DNA of 64,000 nucleotides, from positions 9,631,231 to 9,695,230 of the forward strand of contig MU054187.1 in NCBI GenBank assembly GCA_013239625.1, written 5' to 3'. The DNA is from Lama guanicoe (Eukaryota). Every line of letters starts with the position of its first letter. Position 1 is the stretch's first letter. Positions 50,501 to 63,778 of this stretch are shown piece after piece. The notes under the pieces were generated by a model, which was given only the letters and a program-made list of their open reading frames with translations, had not been told where the DNA came from and ran no database searches. Position numbers and translations under genes: made by a program.

Positions 50501-52794
50501 CTGTAAAATAAAAAAAGGTACAATATTAGCAACAAATAAGAGAGTTCAACCCAGGCTTGCTTTAATGTGGATTAGCCTCAGAGACTGTAAGGCAGATTTC
50601 CCATATGAGAGATGCAGTCTATAACAGGGACTATGGCACACTAAAAAAAACATGGCTCATCTAAAGGTGGCAGCCACTGCCAAGTACTGTCATGGAAGAG
50701 TACAAGCCCAATATTTCAAGATCAAGTAGCATTTCAAGAGAAGCCAAAAATCTAGGTTTTTAACATTAACTCTCCCAATTTTTAAAAGTAGAAAAAACTA
50801 ATTCAAAAGCATTTTTAAGACTGCATGAATCAATACTGGGCATATTAAACAAAATATATATGAACACTCAGTCCAGTTCAAAGTAAACTAGTTTGCTAAC
50901 TTTGGACTAGAACAACAGAAAAGGTTACAGAAAGATTTTTATGTTTTTAAAGTATAATATAAAAATATATATTCTATATTTATGTTAAAACTAATCAATT
51001 TAGGGGGGAAGTGAACTGTTGACAAGATTTAGAAAAAAACTTTAGAAGTCCACAAGTTTCACCATTTCACAAAAACATTTTTTCAAGAACATCCTTTGAC
51101 AGTGCCTATTATCAATAAGAAGTTTCAAATAAGAAGTTAAGAGTGATAATCACTGTTCAAGAAGTTAATAAAGAAAGGAAGGAACATAAAAGTTACTTTT
51201 GGTTTGTGGACTGTGGTTATTTTTTTTCCTTTATACTTTCATTATTTTCTGGTCTGATAATATATATGTACTGCTTTTATAATCAGGACCTTTCGTAGCT
51301 ATTTTAACAAAGAACGTTAAGTTTTATCTTTCCTACTAGAAGATTATACTGTTAGATCTGAGCTTTGAATGGGGGTTATTGATGATTGTGAACTAATCAC
51401 TATGTACCTACAATCTCTCAGAGCTCTAACTCCTTCTACATTCATAAATGAGAGTATGAATTTGCATGGCAGTTGGCTAAAGTTGCTCAGTATTATCAGC
51501 TTAAAGTACACAAATTTAAAAAGCCTTGGCATTTAAAGTTTCAGTTAACTAGAACATTTACCTACACACAAACAGTTAATTCACTAATGATACAGTACTG
51601 CTAGAATAGGGCAATATTTAAGGGTGGACACAGTAGTTTAAATTATTGAATATTAGTAAGAACCCCCAAATACAGAACATTAATAACTTCTGGCAGATGT
51701 TCTGATTGCTGAACTTATTATTAAATTTTATTTAGAGAAATTATTTCTATGATGATAACCTTTCATTTAGTTATTATCAATGTTATCTTAAATGTACTTA
51801 GCAGTTTACCAAATACTCTAGGATATCATTTATCAAATATTCTAGAATAAAAACATATCAAAAAACTATACGGTAGCACTTAATTTTTTTGGTCAAAATC
51901 TAAACAGGTGCCAAAATAGTAAACTTCTCAGAACTGACCACCTAAACACTAGCAAGAAAAATGACATTTCTTAGTACTTTACATGCCTGACTATTCCTTA
52001 TTTAAGCAGGCAGAACTCTAAAAAGTAAGAACTCTATGTAAAATGACTATAACTCAATTAAAAAAATGTTTAAAAAAAAAGAACTCTATTGGAGTGTTAA
52101 TCTAACTTGTTTTCATTATCTCTCCCTAAAGATTGTTTTTAGACATTATTTTCCTAATCTGCCTCCCCCATGGTATTTGAACTCTATAGGTATGCTAGTT
52201 ACCTGTTTATGTACTATATGTATATCTGCACTTTATTCATTAAACAGAATAAGATTTATTTTACCCTCTCCCTCTTCCAAGAACCAATTTTCACCCTCTT
52301 CAGACTTACATGGCCCCACTGAGTATGCATGCTCTACTGCTTTAAGCGAAGGATGAATACCATCTATATCTTTATTATCTACCCAGCTCAGAGCAGGCAC
52401 TTTACATAATTTCATTTTCTCATCACAACTGAGCCCTTTACAGAAGAGGAACCAAGCTCAGAGAGTTTAAAAAATTCTCCCAAATCAAACAGCTAGGAAG
52501 TGGCAAAGCCTAGATTTGAACCCTATGTATCATTCCACAACTTACACCCTTTTCACTGATACTAAACCTCCACTAGATACTAAACCTTTACAATAAATTT
52601 GGCAGAACTACCCACTCTCTTTTCTTATAGAAATCCATGGTATCAACAACTGGCTAGGAGAAAAAACAGGCAAATCATTTCCTTTGGTATATACATACTT
52701 CCACTAAAGTCATCCATATTATGGATGTTTTTTCTTTCAGTTACCTAATTTTTTCCCTCTTTAATAAGAAGTAATTTTTAAAAGTATGTTAAAA

Positions 52795-53276
52795 TTAAAG
52801 AAGATGTGGTATATATACACAATGGAATACTACTCAGCCATAAAAAAGAGTGAAATAATGCCATCTACAGCAACATGGATGGACCAAGAGATTGCCATAC
52901 TAAGTAAATCAGAAAGAGAAAGACAAATACCATATGATATCACTTACATGTGGAATCTAAAATAGGACACAAATGAACTAATTTACAAAACAGAAACAGA
53001 CTTACAAACATGGAAAACAAACTTATGGTTACCAAAGGGAGAGGGGATGGGGGAGAGATAAATTAGGAGTTTGGATTAGCAGAGATAAACTACTATATAG
53101 AAAATAGATAAGCAAAAACGTCCTACTGTATAGCACAGGGAACTATATTCAATATCTTGTAATGGCCTATAATGAAAAAGAACATGAAAAGGAATATATA
53201 TATATGCTATACACCAGAAATTAACACATTGTAAATTGACTACACTTCCAATAAAAAAAATTAAAAATTAAAAAAG
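52795..53276 (+). mobile_element. Cetartiodactyl-type L1 3' end with A tail
   Basis: atggaatactactcagccataaaaaag...cctactgtatagcacagggaactatattcaatatcttgtaat...acttccaataaaaaaaa. Confidence 0.9.
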
Positions 53277-54139
53277 AGGTACTATGAAAGTATAAAATAT
53301 TGTGTAATTTTAAAATGTATATTAAAAACTCATACAGTTCTTTCAGGAAGATAGAAAGTATATAAAAATCAAACAATTTTTTCAACTTCTGAAAGGTTGC
53401 TAACCTTTGTAGTAAAGTGGGGTAAGTATCACAAGTAGCCTAATTCCATTAAAGCAACTCTGACAAAATGTGTATAAAACTCTTATAAAACTGGCAAACT
53501 TTTTTTCACAAATTTGTCTATCTCTTGAAAAAGAAAGTTAACTAGAAATTTAATATAATATAATACTAAGAAAAATAAATTAGACTGGTATTTACAGTGG
53601 ATGATGTGCTATGTATCATATCTACCACAAAATAAAATCCACAAAAAAATGGGTATATAAGAAAATTTAATTATATATTCTGCAATGCCAGAGTTAGAGT
53701 CACTCACATACTGTATAAATAATAAAGATAATAGTCTACAAAAATTATTCAATAACATCCAAGTGGTCTGAACAACGCAGATTAAAATCTGTGAAATATT
53801 ACAGGTAGAACTTTGTAATTTCATTTTAAACTACCATAGTTAAATTCAAAGTGGCTAGTTACATGAATGATTCATACTGAGCAAAAGACCGATGCATTCA
53901 CTTACTGTCTCATTGATACAAATAAATAGACATAAATTCTATTTAACAAATATTCTAATTAAAACAATAGAAAGGAAAAACACATGTCCCTATCAAGAAG
54001 TCAGCCTATTTAATGAAGACATACAATCCTATATATCTCCTATACTTTCATAGCTTTCATCAACAGATCTCCAGCTTCCTTTTCGCTATACATAAAAATT
54101 ATAAATGAAAGCTATAAAAGGATGGGATGCCCTCAGTTG

Positions 54140-54530
54140 AGACCCTGCAGGTAAGTTAATGGAGGGCAAGGACTGTGTCTCATTCATCTTTATAACTACA
54201 GTACAGTCTCTAGCTCACAGCAGACATTCATTTTGCTGAAATAATCTGCATTCATTCATTCATTCATTCAATAAGCATATACTTGGTACCTACTAACTGC
54301 CAGGGCCTGTGCAGGAGAAAGGGTATTCATTGGTGAATAAAACAGGCTACTGTCCCTGCCTCTATGGAGTTTACAATATAATGGGGGAGGCAAATGAATA
54401 AATAAACCAACAAATAAGATAATGAAAACCTGTAATAGTTGCTATGAGGGAAATTAACAGGGTGCAGCAGTAAATGGGACCTACTTAGAATGGTTTAGCA
54501 AAGGCCTCTCAGACCCTTAGATAAGGTGGT
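54140..54530. mobile_element. Two L2 3' ends in opposite orientation (+ about 54140-54245; - about 54249-54530)
   Basis: gagggcaaggactgtgtct...ttgctgaa, followed by (cattcatt)n aataagcat...acctact...tgccagg. Confidence 0.7.
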
Positions 54531-54534
54531 CAGG

Positions 54535-56070
54535 AGAAAACCTCTGATGATGCAACTGACAAGGGCTTAAATTCCAGAATACACAAAGAGCTCATACAAT
54601 TCAATAAGAAAAAAACAAACAACCCAATCCAAAAATTGGGCAGAAGACCTAAACAAGCATTTCTCCAATGAAGATATACAAATGGCCAATTGGTACATGA
54701 AAAAATGCTCAATATCACTAGTTATCAGAGAAATGCAAATGAGAAGTTGTGATAACACACACACATACACACATAAAATGGAATACTACTGTCATTAAAA
54801 AGAATAAAATAATGCCACTTGCAGCAACATGGATGGACCTGGAGATCGTCATTCTAAGTGGGGTAAGCCAGAAAGAGAAAGAAAAATACCATATGATCTC
54901 AATAAAATGTGGAATCTAAAAAAAAAGACACAAATGAACTTATTTATGAAACAGAAACAGACTCATAGATATACAAGACAAACTTATGCTAACCAAAGGG
55001 GAAAAGGGTTGAGAAGGGATAAATTGGGAGTTTGAGATTTGTAGATCCTAACTATTATATATAAAATAGATAAACAGTAAGTTTATACTATATAGCACAG
55101 GGAACTATATTCAATATCTTGTGAGTAACCTATAATGAAAAAGAATATGAAAAGGATTATATGCTGTATGCCAGAAATTGACACAACATTGTAAACTGAC
55201 TATACTTCAATGAAAAAGAAAAAAGAAAAAAAAAACTACAGTGAGGTATCAACTCACCCCAGTCAGAATGGCCATCATTAAAAAGTTCACAAATGATAAA
55301 TGTTGGAGAGAGTATAGAGAAAAGGGAACCCTCCTACACTGTTGGTGGGAATGTAGTTTGGTGCAGCCATGATGGAAAACAGTACAGAGATTACTTAAAA
55401 AACTGAAAATACACTTACCCTAACATCCAGCAATTCCACTCCTGGGCATATATCTGGAGGAATACCTGGAGGAAACTCTAACTCAAAAAGATATATGTAT
55501 CCCAATGTTCATAGCAGCACTATTTATAATGGCCAAGAGTAGGAAGCAACCTAAATATCCACTGACAGATGACTGAATAAAGGAAGGTGAGGAATGGAAT
55601 ACTACTTAGCCATAAAAAGGAATAAAATAATGCCATTTGCAGCAACGTGGATGGACTTGGACAATAAGTGAAGTCAGAAAGAGAAAGAAAAATACCGTAT
55701 GGTATCACTTATCTGTGGAATCTTGAAAAAAAAAAGGACACAAATGAACTTATTTACAAAACAGAGACAGATTCACAAAGACAACAAACTTATGGTTACC
55801 AGGGGAGAAAGGGGGTAGAATGGTTAAATTGGGAGCTTAGGATTCATGGATACTAACTACTATACATGAAACAGATAAACAACAAGGTCCTACTGTATAG
55901 AACAGGGAATTATATTCAATACCTTGTAATGGCCTATAATGTAAAAGAATATTAAAAGGAATATATATATATATATATATATAAATGAATCACTATGCTG
56001 TACACCAGAAATTAACATACATTATAATCAACTATAATTCAATTTAAATGAAAAATTTTAAAAATAGAAA
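54535..56070 (+). mobile_element. Cetartiodactyl-type L1 (ORF2 end and 3' UTR) interrupted by a second L1 3' end at 54741-55232
   Basis: Consensus gaaatgcaaat|caaaactaca is split by a complete 3' UTR plus poly(A); the element sits inside an antisense L2. Confidence 0.9.
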
Positions 56071-56624
56071 ATGATATTAAAGCCTTAACCTAAATAAGGA
56101 GCCAGCTATTCAAACAGCATGAAGCTTGATGAGCTATTTTCTAAACTAACGTACCATCAGCTTAGCTCTCATTTAGTAATTCACAAAGGCATTTCTGCAC
56201 TTTGAAACCTGCAATTTTCTAAACAAACCCTGTCGTTTTCCATTTTCCAGCCCTCTTCAATCTAAATATCAATAGTTCTTCAGCACTCTTTATATAAGGT
56301 TATGTGTACTTACTTAGCTATCTCCAAATTGACATTTTTACAAACATATCACTTTTAATTAAGAATATCCTCTACTTAATTCAAATACAGTTAAGAGAGA
56401 ATTAAAGGTAGAAAACTAATATTTACAGAAGGACTAATACAGGCCAGGCACCGCCTCAGTTCTTCAAAGCAGGAAATCTATCAAGTACCACCACTATAAA
56501 ATTGGCAAAACACTCTTTTTTATGCTTAAATTTTGCGTCAGGAGTAGAAGTGGAAGACTTAAATGTGTGGGTTTGTAGGGGCAGCAAGATAAATGTTGGA
56601 GGTGAAGAGAGCATAACAAGCAGA

Positions 56625-56838
56625 CATTATCTTGTAGATAAACAAGGAACTACTATATAGCACAGGGAAGAATATTCAATACTTTGTAATAGCCTATAAT
56701 GAAAAAGAATATGAAAAGGAATAAATGTTCGTATAACTGAATCTCTATGCTGTATACCAGAAATTAATACAACATTGTAAACCAGCTATACTTCAATAAA
56801 AAATCAATTAATTAAATTAAATAATAATAATAAAAAAT
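56625..56838 (+). mobile_element. Short L1 3' end
   Basis: tagataaacaagg...tatagcacagggaa...acttcaataaaaaa. Confidence 0.85.
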
Positions 56839-58979
56839 ATATTCTTGGTCAACTCATTGCAGTCCACAGTCTAGCACTCAGATATTCAGGTCCAGAAGCC
56901 TCAATCCAAACTCAAAAAGTGACTAACTGTAAACCAGAATTATTTTACTAATTTTCATTATGAAATATATTATGCTGACTAGACTTTTAGACTACTGATC
57001 ATAATCTCACCTGTGCCAATTTATTCATCTACAATGCAGAATAGAGCCTTCCAAGTGAACATAATCCTCACCTGCACTCTCACCTGTACATCAGTACTTA
57101 CATCAGGAAGCTAAATGAGTGATCAGACTAGATGCTTGATGACTATGGAATCAGTAAAGGGATACAGATCTTTCAGGCAGGCCATGGAGAGAACTGATCA
57201 AATATTCCTGCCCTCAACAGAGATTACCTTTCTAGTTACTAGAATTTTCATGAACCCCAGTTGATATATTTTTTCCTTTTGTATAGCAGTGTATGAACAG
57301 TGCCAAATTCTGCTTTTCAACTCTTTTTCAATGTTCAATGCTGACCAGCCATTCCATTTCTGCTGATACAGCCTTTCTTTAGATATGGTAATGTCATCTG
57401 TTTAATTCAATCAAAAACATTTCAAAGTGCCTACTACCTGCTGGGCACTGTACCAGGTGCTGAGCATCCAAGGTTTGATATGAGACACATCCTCAAGAGT
57501 TCCTCTTCTATTAAGAAAGACTTCTTCCCTGTTTTGACCTGGAGATTGCTGGTTTTTAAAAAAGTGCCTTCTGCATATATCTAATTTTATCCATTCTGTG
57601 CTGAGGGCGTTCAGTTTTCAGAATTCTGGGAGTACTTTACTGTTGCCCTATGTACCAACTACAAGGAGTATCTTGTGAGAGGAGGCAACTAAAGTACTTT
57701 GGGGGTTAAGTAGCTTGCCCGAAATTACTAAATTTATAAGTAGTGGAGCCAGGATTCAAATTCAAGGTCTGACTGCAAAAATCACAATCATTCCCTTTAT
57801 TCCATACAGTCTCTAAGAAACTAAAAGCTCTGAGATGGTAAAATTTGAAGTGCTTAGTACATTTCTTGACATATCCCCCAATTCAATGATAATGTCTTCC
57901 CAAATAGAGTCAGCAATATTAAGTAATAAATTGGTACAAAGCTTTTAGATACCCATTAACTACTAGGCCCCCAAATTTAACAAGCCAGAAATAATCTTCA
58001 TTTTGGTGGGTCAAGGCCCAAGTCACTGAAATTCAGTACTCTTAGAAAACACAGTCAAAACCCAGATCATTTTTCTAGTTGAAAGCTCTAATCTCAGCAA
58101 AAACAAGGCCCCTCTAACAGGTAATTTATTTCAATTTTTCTACTTTAAGCCTTAATAAAGCATATTCACAGTAATTTAAAAACAAAGATTAGACAAAAAA
58201 TAATGTAAAAAACACACCACTGGATCATTTCCCAAATTATCCAAAGCTTTAAATTACATATGTGGTTGATAATATATTTTCCTTTAATTTGTGCTGAATT
58301 ATTAAAAAGAAATGCTTCTTAAGCAACATCATTAACATCTACCTCTGTTTCTTATGTTTCTCATGAGTTATAATAAAATAGTTGATTACAACTGATGGCA
58401 AAGAGTCACTGAACAAGAAAATTAGAACACAAATCTTAATGCACAAATAAAAAAAACGTGATGAACTGGGAAAAGCAGAACAGGAAATGGAGGAGAGAGA
58501 CTATTAGGTGGGAAGTGCAGTGAGCATATAAACCCAGAAACTGCAATTCATCAAACAGGAAGTCCTGAAATCACATGACATGCAAGAAAATGAAATTTAA
58601 AAATAAATGAAAAGGGGAAAGGTGGGCAGGCTCAATAGAGCCAACGGGGGTAAAAATGAAAAAGGCTTTAAATGGATACATTACAAGCCCATTTAAAAAA
58701 TAAAAACAATTACAAGAATACATTATATTTAAATAATCTGGTGACAATTAAGGGATCACTTTCACTTTCTTAGTTACGTTTTCCTAATACTTACTCAATA
58801 GAGAACTACACTAACAGCCATCCACTGCCAAAAAATGAAAGAAAAAATTTTCTTCTAAAATATATAATCAAACAGTTCTTACAATGACCAGATTTTTTTT
58901 TCACAAAGACAACAGAAAAACTTAGCATATTACATTCACAATTAAGTTAAGAAATAGTATCAAGTCAAATTGATCTTAC

Positions 58980-61692
58980 CCATTAACGTTGCTAAAAGAC
59001 ACAAGGAGTACATTTCTTTGTCAGCTTGCTCCTGAAGTTCCTTAGATGACAGTTTACCAGTGACAGCACCCTCTTCTTGTTTCACAGTGTGGGCTGAGTG
59101 GGCTGCAGCAGACTGACCCGCTTCAGCTTTACTTTTTAGAATCTCTATTGTAATTCTGTCACCATGCTGTAAAGGAACTGGCTCCTTTTCCATTCCAGCC
59201 TGCGGTGGCATTAACTCTTTAGGGGGAAAGCCATACCGAATACACTGTAAATATGGAGGAATGTTAAATTCTCTGGCTATGCTTTCCTGAAGTTCAAAAA
59301 AGGTTGTTGAAGACTTAAGTGTAACCATGGACTGTCGTCCATCATTAGTTGTTATACGGATCTTCTTCTCCTTAGAAGTTGTTGGTGAATAGGGAGCCTT
59401 GGTAGGGGTGGCAGGTGCAGAGGATGGACCATCACGAATGGTACTGGGGGAAACAGTCCTGGGTTGTCCTTTTTGTTCTTGTTTTAACTTCTCTGTTTTC
59501 CGTTTCTGCATTACAGCAGCCTGTTCCGTAATATTCTGTTGAATAGTTCTTTCCGTTTTACTCATGTTTAACTCCTCCTTGTGCAAAGTTTTTGTTTTCT
59601 GTCCAGTAAGAATAATTTTAGTTGGGAGCTGAGACTCTGATTCTTGTCCTTGTACATCTCCAACTCTCTGGGCATGTGCACCATCTATATTTACAGGAGT
59701 ATAATCATCAGGATTCTTTTTGGCAGTCTGATGCAATATAGTGTGGACAACTTTCTGAACGAGAATTTCACTCCCAAATTCACCTGGAAAGTGCTTGGTA
59801 ACAAGTTTCATTGCAACATCATAAACATTACTATTCAAAGATGCATCACTTTCATACTGGAACCAATATACTGTTTCTCTGACCACTCTTCCACCCCATT
59901 CCAAAGTAATAGGAAAAGCTTCTGGTAGATTGTCATACTCTTTACCGTCCCAAAAATGTTTGAATCCACAACCACATTTGCCACCAGTGGACCTAGAATT
60001 AGTTCTGTCCCCATCCAAATACACAATAGACCCATCTCCTCTGACTCTTCGCACAGATGTGCCATGGCACCAATTACAAGCTGTTAGGTTACTCAATCCA
60101 TAGTCTGGTACCAGAACATCTTTCACTGAATCATATGAGCAAACCAAATTGTTCAAGGGAAAGCTATAATTTTTGTCAGGCCTCAGCTGTCCATGAGTAC
60201 TTTTTGCCAGGTTATACAGTTTCCCTCCTGGAGCCAACCACTCTGGAGGAACATGAAGTTCAGAAAGGGCACCACAGAGCAAACATTTGTGAAGGCGATT
60301 ATCCATTACTGCTTTTTTAGCAGCTGCTGTGACTTCTTCAGGCTGAACTCCTATCACCCCAGTCCTCCTGTAGAAATACTGGTGGACATCAGCCACCAAA
60401 CTAGGATGGATACCGTGTTTGTCCATAAAAACTTCTTCCATAGCAGCAACAAGCCTAAGTAAGTATTTATCCTGCAAACTTCTGTCTCCTCCAATGACAC
60501 AACCACCATCCTCCTCAAGTTTGATGTACTTCTTAATAAGGTCCTGAGGCACACCCCATGCTTTAGGAAGTAAATTCATAGGCAGTTTGGGCAAAGCAGC
60601 CCCTTTTATGCCTACCAAGGGGATATAATGGTTTCTACCAGAGCTACTCCATGCAATACAGATTGGTTTGTTCAAATGACCATCTCTCCCAGTGCACTTC
60701 TCTGCAGGGATGAGCCCTGGCAGAAAGGTGGCTGAATAATCACCAGAGCTTCTCATGCCACTGAGTGAATCTAACAGAATAATAGGGCGATGTAACACAT
60801 TGGCAAGGCCAAATATATGGATGTTCCTCAGACCCAAGGGAACACCCTCAGGTGGTACAAACAGAGGGTCACACTCATTGATAATGTCCTCCCACTCAGC
60901 GGCATCAATGAAGTCATGGAACAGAGCTTGATATCGGGCCAGGTGCTGCTGAAAGTGCTGTTTAAGATTCTCTCTCAAGGCGTGCCAGAAGAGCTCCCGG
61001 CCCACTAGAGCCCGGGACACAGCATGCACCAGGCAGTGTCCATCCCCGTCCACATGCACTGGAATGAGGCATTCCTGACTTTTATTGGCCCGCTTGATGT
61101 CCTCAAGAGTGTCATGCAAATACAGGAGGCTTCCGGAGCGGTCCTTGCCATAGCCCACCGTGTTAACATGCTCTGGTTCGATGAGGAAGGCGCGGTCACC
61201 CAGTAAAGCGCAATCGAACAGTTCGCCCTGGTTCATGTCCCGGAGAAGCTTGGCCCGGCCTGTCTGTTTGTCCATTCCGTAGCGAGCTAATATGGGCGAC
61301 AGCAATTTGCAGTGGTAGTTAGAAAGGCCCATCACCTTTACCAGTTCCGTGTTCTTCTTGGGTGCCCCTGTCACCCCGAGCAGCGCATTCCGCAGCAGGT
61401 TGTGCAGCACTACGTCCGGGTCGGTCACCTCCTCCACCCCCAGCAGCTGTTGCTGCTCGTGCCGCTGTCCGCACTCGGTACACTCGATGCTGACAGAACC
61501 GGAGGCCGGGAAGAACAGACGCGCCTGGCACTTCGGATCCGGGCAGCTCCCGGAGAGGATTCTCCGGTCTCTCCGCTTCGAGAGCCCCCCCGGAGCAGCC
61601 GCCGCCGCCGCCGCCAGGGACGGCGGAGTCGGAGGAGCCTCTGGGGGAGGAGGTGGCGGCGGCAGCGGAGGCGGCGGCGGCGGCTGAGACAT
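58980..61692 (-). CDS. VCPIP1: VCPIP1 coding exon 1 (poly-Pro N-terminus, OTU catalytic domain DGDGHC...GRNHY, UBX-like domain)
   Basis: ORF 58960..61692 is recognisably VCIP135; the exon ends at ATG G|GTAAGA (58980); 2713 coding nt, phase 1. Confidence 0.98.
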
Positions 61693-62330
61693 AGCTCTTG
61701 GCTCTCGAGTCTTGCTCCGCGTCCCAAGCGACCCTCAAAGGCTCATAGCCCAGACCCTAGCCGGCCCGACTCGGTCTAGTCCAGGCCCAGGGCGAATCAC
61801 TTTCCTTTCCCTATCAGCTCCTCCTCCTCCTAAGCGAAGGCGGAAGCGCCGGACGTTGTTTCTCTTACTTCTCCACCGCCGTAGCCGTAGCCGTTGCCCC
61901 GAACGTAACGGCCACCACCCTACCCCGCACTCACACTCAGTCACTCTCGCTCTCTCTCCCTCAGACACACAGACATACACGCCCTTACCGACACTGCGCA
62001 GGCGCAGCTTCCGCTCTGCCCTCTGGGAATTAGAGTTTTCCAGCCTCTCTCCTGGTCTTCAAGTGCTGGGATCTTTGATCCGTAAAGAACTACAAATACC
62101 GTGAGGCCAAGCGGTTCAGCGCCCGCGGAGAGGAGGAAGAGGAAGGCAGTGGGGAGGGAGGCAGAAAGGAAGATTGTCACTCACGTTGCCTGCCGGGAGT
62201 TGTAGTTTTAACTGTACCTCTTTTGTCGTCTTCCCCATCCTGGGGCCCAAGCAAAATGAGTAAGAGAGACCACATTTCCTAGGATGCCTTGCGGTTCGAG
62301 CGGCCTCACTTCCCCCATAGGCGGAGGGAA
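61000..62330. promoter_or_regulatory. VCPIP1: VCPIP1 CpG-island promoter, likely bidirectional
   Basis: High CpG; NRF1 motif TGCGCAGGCGCA 61995-62006, ETS-like GCGGAAG, four ZNF143/ACTACA-type motifs 62018-62287. Confidence 0.88.
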
Positions 62331-63591
62331 GGATACAGGGAAGCTTGGTTAATAACAGAGTTAAAGGGAATGGGTGTCGGAAGCAAAGGGTCTGAAGTTC
62401 ACGACTGCTAGAAGGGGAGGGGAATGAAAGGCTCTCAGTGAAGAAGGTACAGTAAATAAATGTCCAGCGACATGGCGGGCTGGGAAGTTGAGTGAAATGG
62501 TCTAGTCTAGGCTGGAGGTCATAAAAGAAAAGGGGGGAGTATAGTGAATTGATTCTCGGAATGTTTCTTAAGTTTTTTTTTTTTTTTCATCCTGTCCTGT
62601 CACACTCCTCACTTCTCATTCTTACCGCTCTTACAAGCCACTCAGGCTTCTGAACTACCTCTTCTGCCTTTTTTCCCCTCTGTGCTGGGAGTCACCGAGG
62701 CGCCATTTGTTTCCTGGAACTGTGTACATTTTTGCAGTTTACAGTACAAAAAGCAATACCTTGGATGTGTATAGAGTTTAAATACAGATCCAGAGCTTTC
62801 TGAGTAGGTATAATATTGTTTGCTCCTTATAGTCCTACCCTCAGAGAGTAATAGCAGTTATCATTTATTGCGTTCTTGATATATGCCTGTCATAGCATTT
62901 ACATACACGATGTCGTTTAATCTTAATAATATAATAATAGAGGAAACATGTCCAGAAAGGAAATGACTTGCTTAGGTTTACAGGCGTTTAGACCTAGATC
63001 TGTACCCATTTTACAGACAGGAACATAGGCAGGAAAAGTGTTAATATAAAATAGTAACTAACTTCTGGTTACTGCTGTTTTATAGTTTGCATAACTTGTT
63101 CACATGTATCATCTCATCCTCACACCTGTAATACCTTTACGAGGTATTACTGACTGTATTTACAGTTATGGAAACAGACTAGAAAGAATTAAGTTACTTG
63201 TCCAAGGTCAAATCACAGGGATATCTCAGCCCCAGAGAGTGCTTTTTACACGACTTACTGCAAGAGGGAAAAGGAGCTGTTAAGCTCAGACCTTTTGTTA
63301 GGCCTCAGGATCTCCTCTTAATGACTCAAGAGGGTAATAAGGATGTTTACCCTTAAGGAGGCCACAGAATATTTTTTCTGAGTTATACATCTCTGCTTTA
63401 TTGAAAATCAAGATTTGAGGTTTTTCAAAAAATGCACCTTGAAGATACCAATTTTCTATAGGGAAATGGTTACTATGACATTTTTAATTGTACATTTTCC
63501 AAGCACCACTCATTAAAATTCTAACAGAATTTTCCAGGTGGAGAATACAATACAGTGTTAATAGTCCACCATTCACTATATCGTAACGTCA

Positions 63592-63778
63592 TTTCTTCTT
63601 TTTTTTTATTGAAGTATAGTTGATTTATAATGATTCAGGTGTACAGCAAAGTGATTCAGTTATATATATTCTTTTTTAGATTTTTTTTTCATTATAGGTT
63701 ATTACAAGATATTGAATAAAGTTCCCTGTGCTACGCAGTAGGTTCTTGTTTATGTGTTTTATATGTAGTAGTGTGTGT
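63592..63778 (-). mobile_element. Short L1 3' end, antisense
   Basis: tttttattgaagtatagttgattta...gttccctgtgcta, reverse complement of the same 3' UTR. Confidence 0.85.

Noticed and set aside
44828..55856. Short ORFs such as 47884..48204, 48378..48623 and 54829..55035
   Set aside because: Fragments of decayed L1 sequence with frameshifts and stops; no intact ORF1 or ORF2
57005..57087. Three tcacctg (CACCTG E-box) copies
   Set aside because: Short motif in degenerate local repeats; no supporting context
58960..58979. C-terminal KINLT* of the 910-aa ORF as a true protein end
   Set aside because: It is read-through past a strong G|GTAAGA donor; exons 2 and 3 continue the frame
59644..62180. 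Antisense and alternative-frame ORFs over VCPIP1 exon 1 and promoter
   Set aside because: Shadows of the real CDS and of high GC content; no independent support
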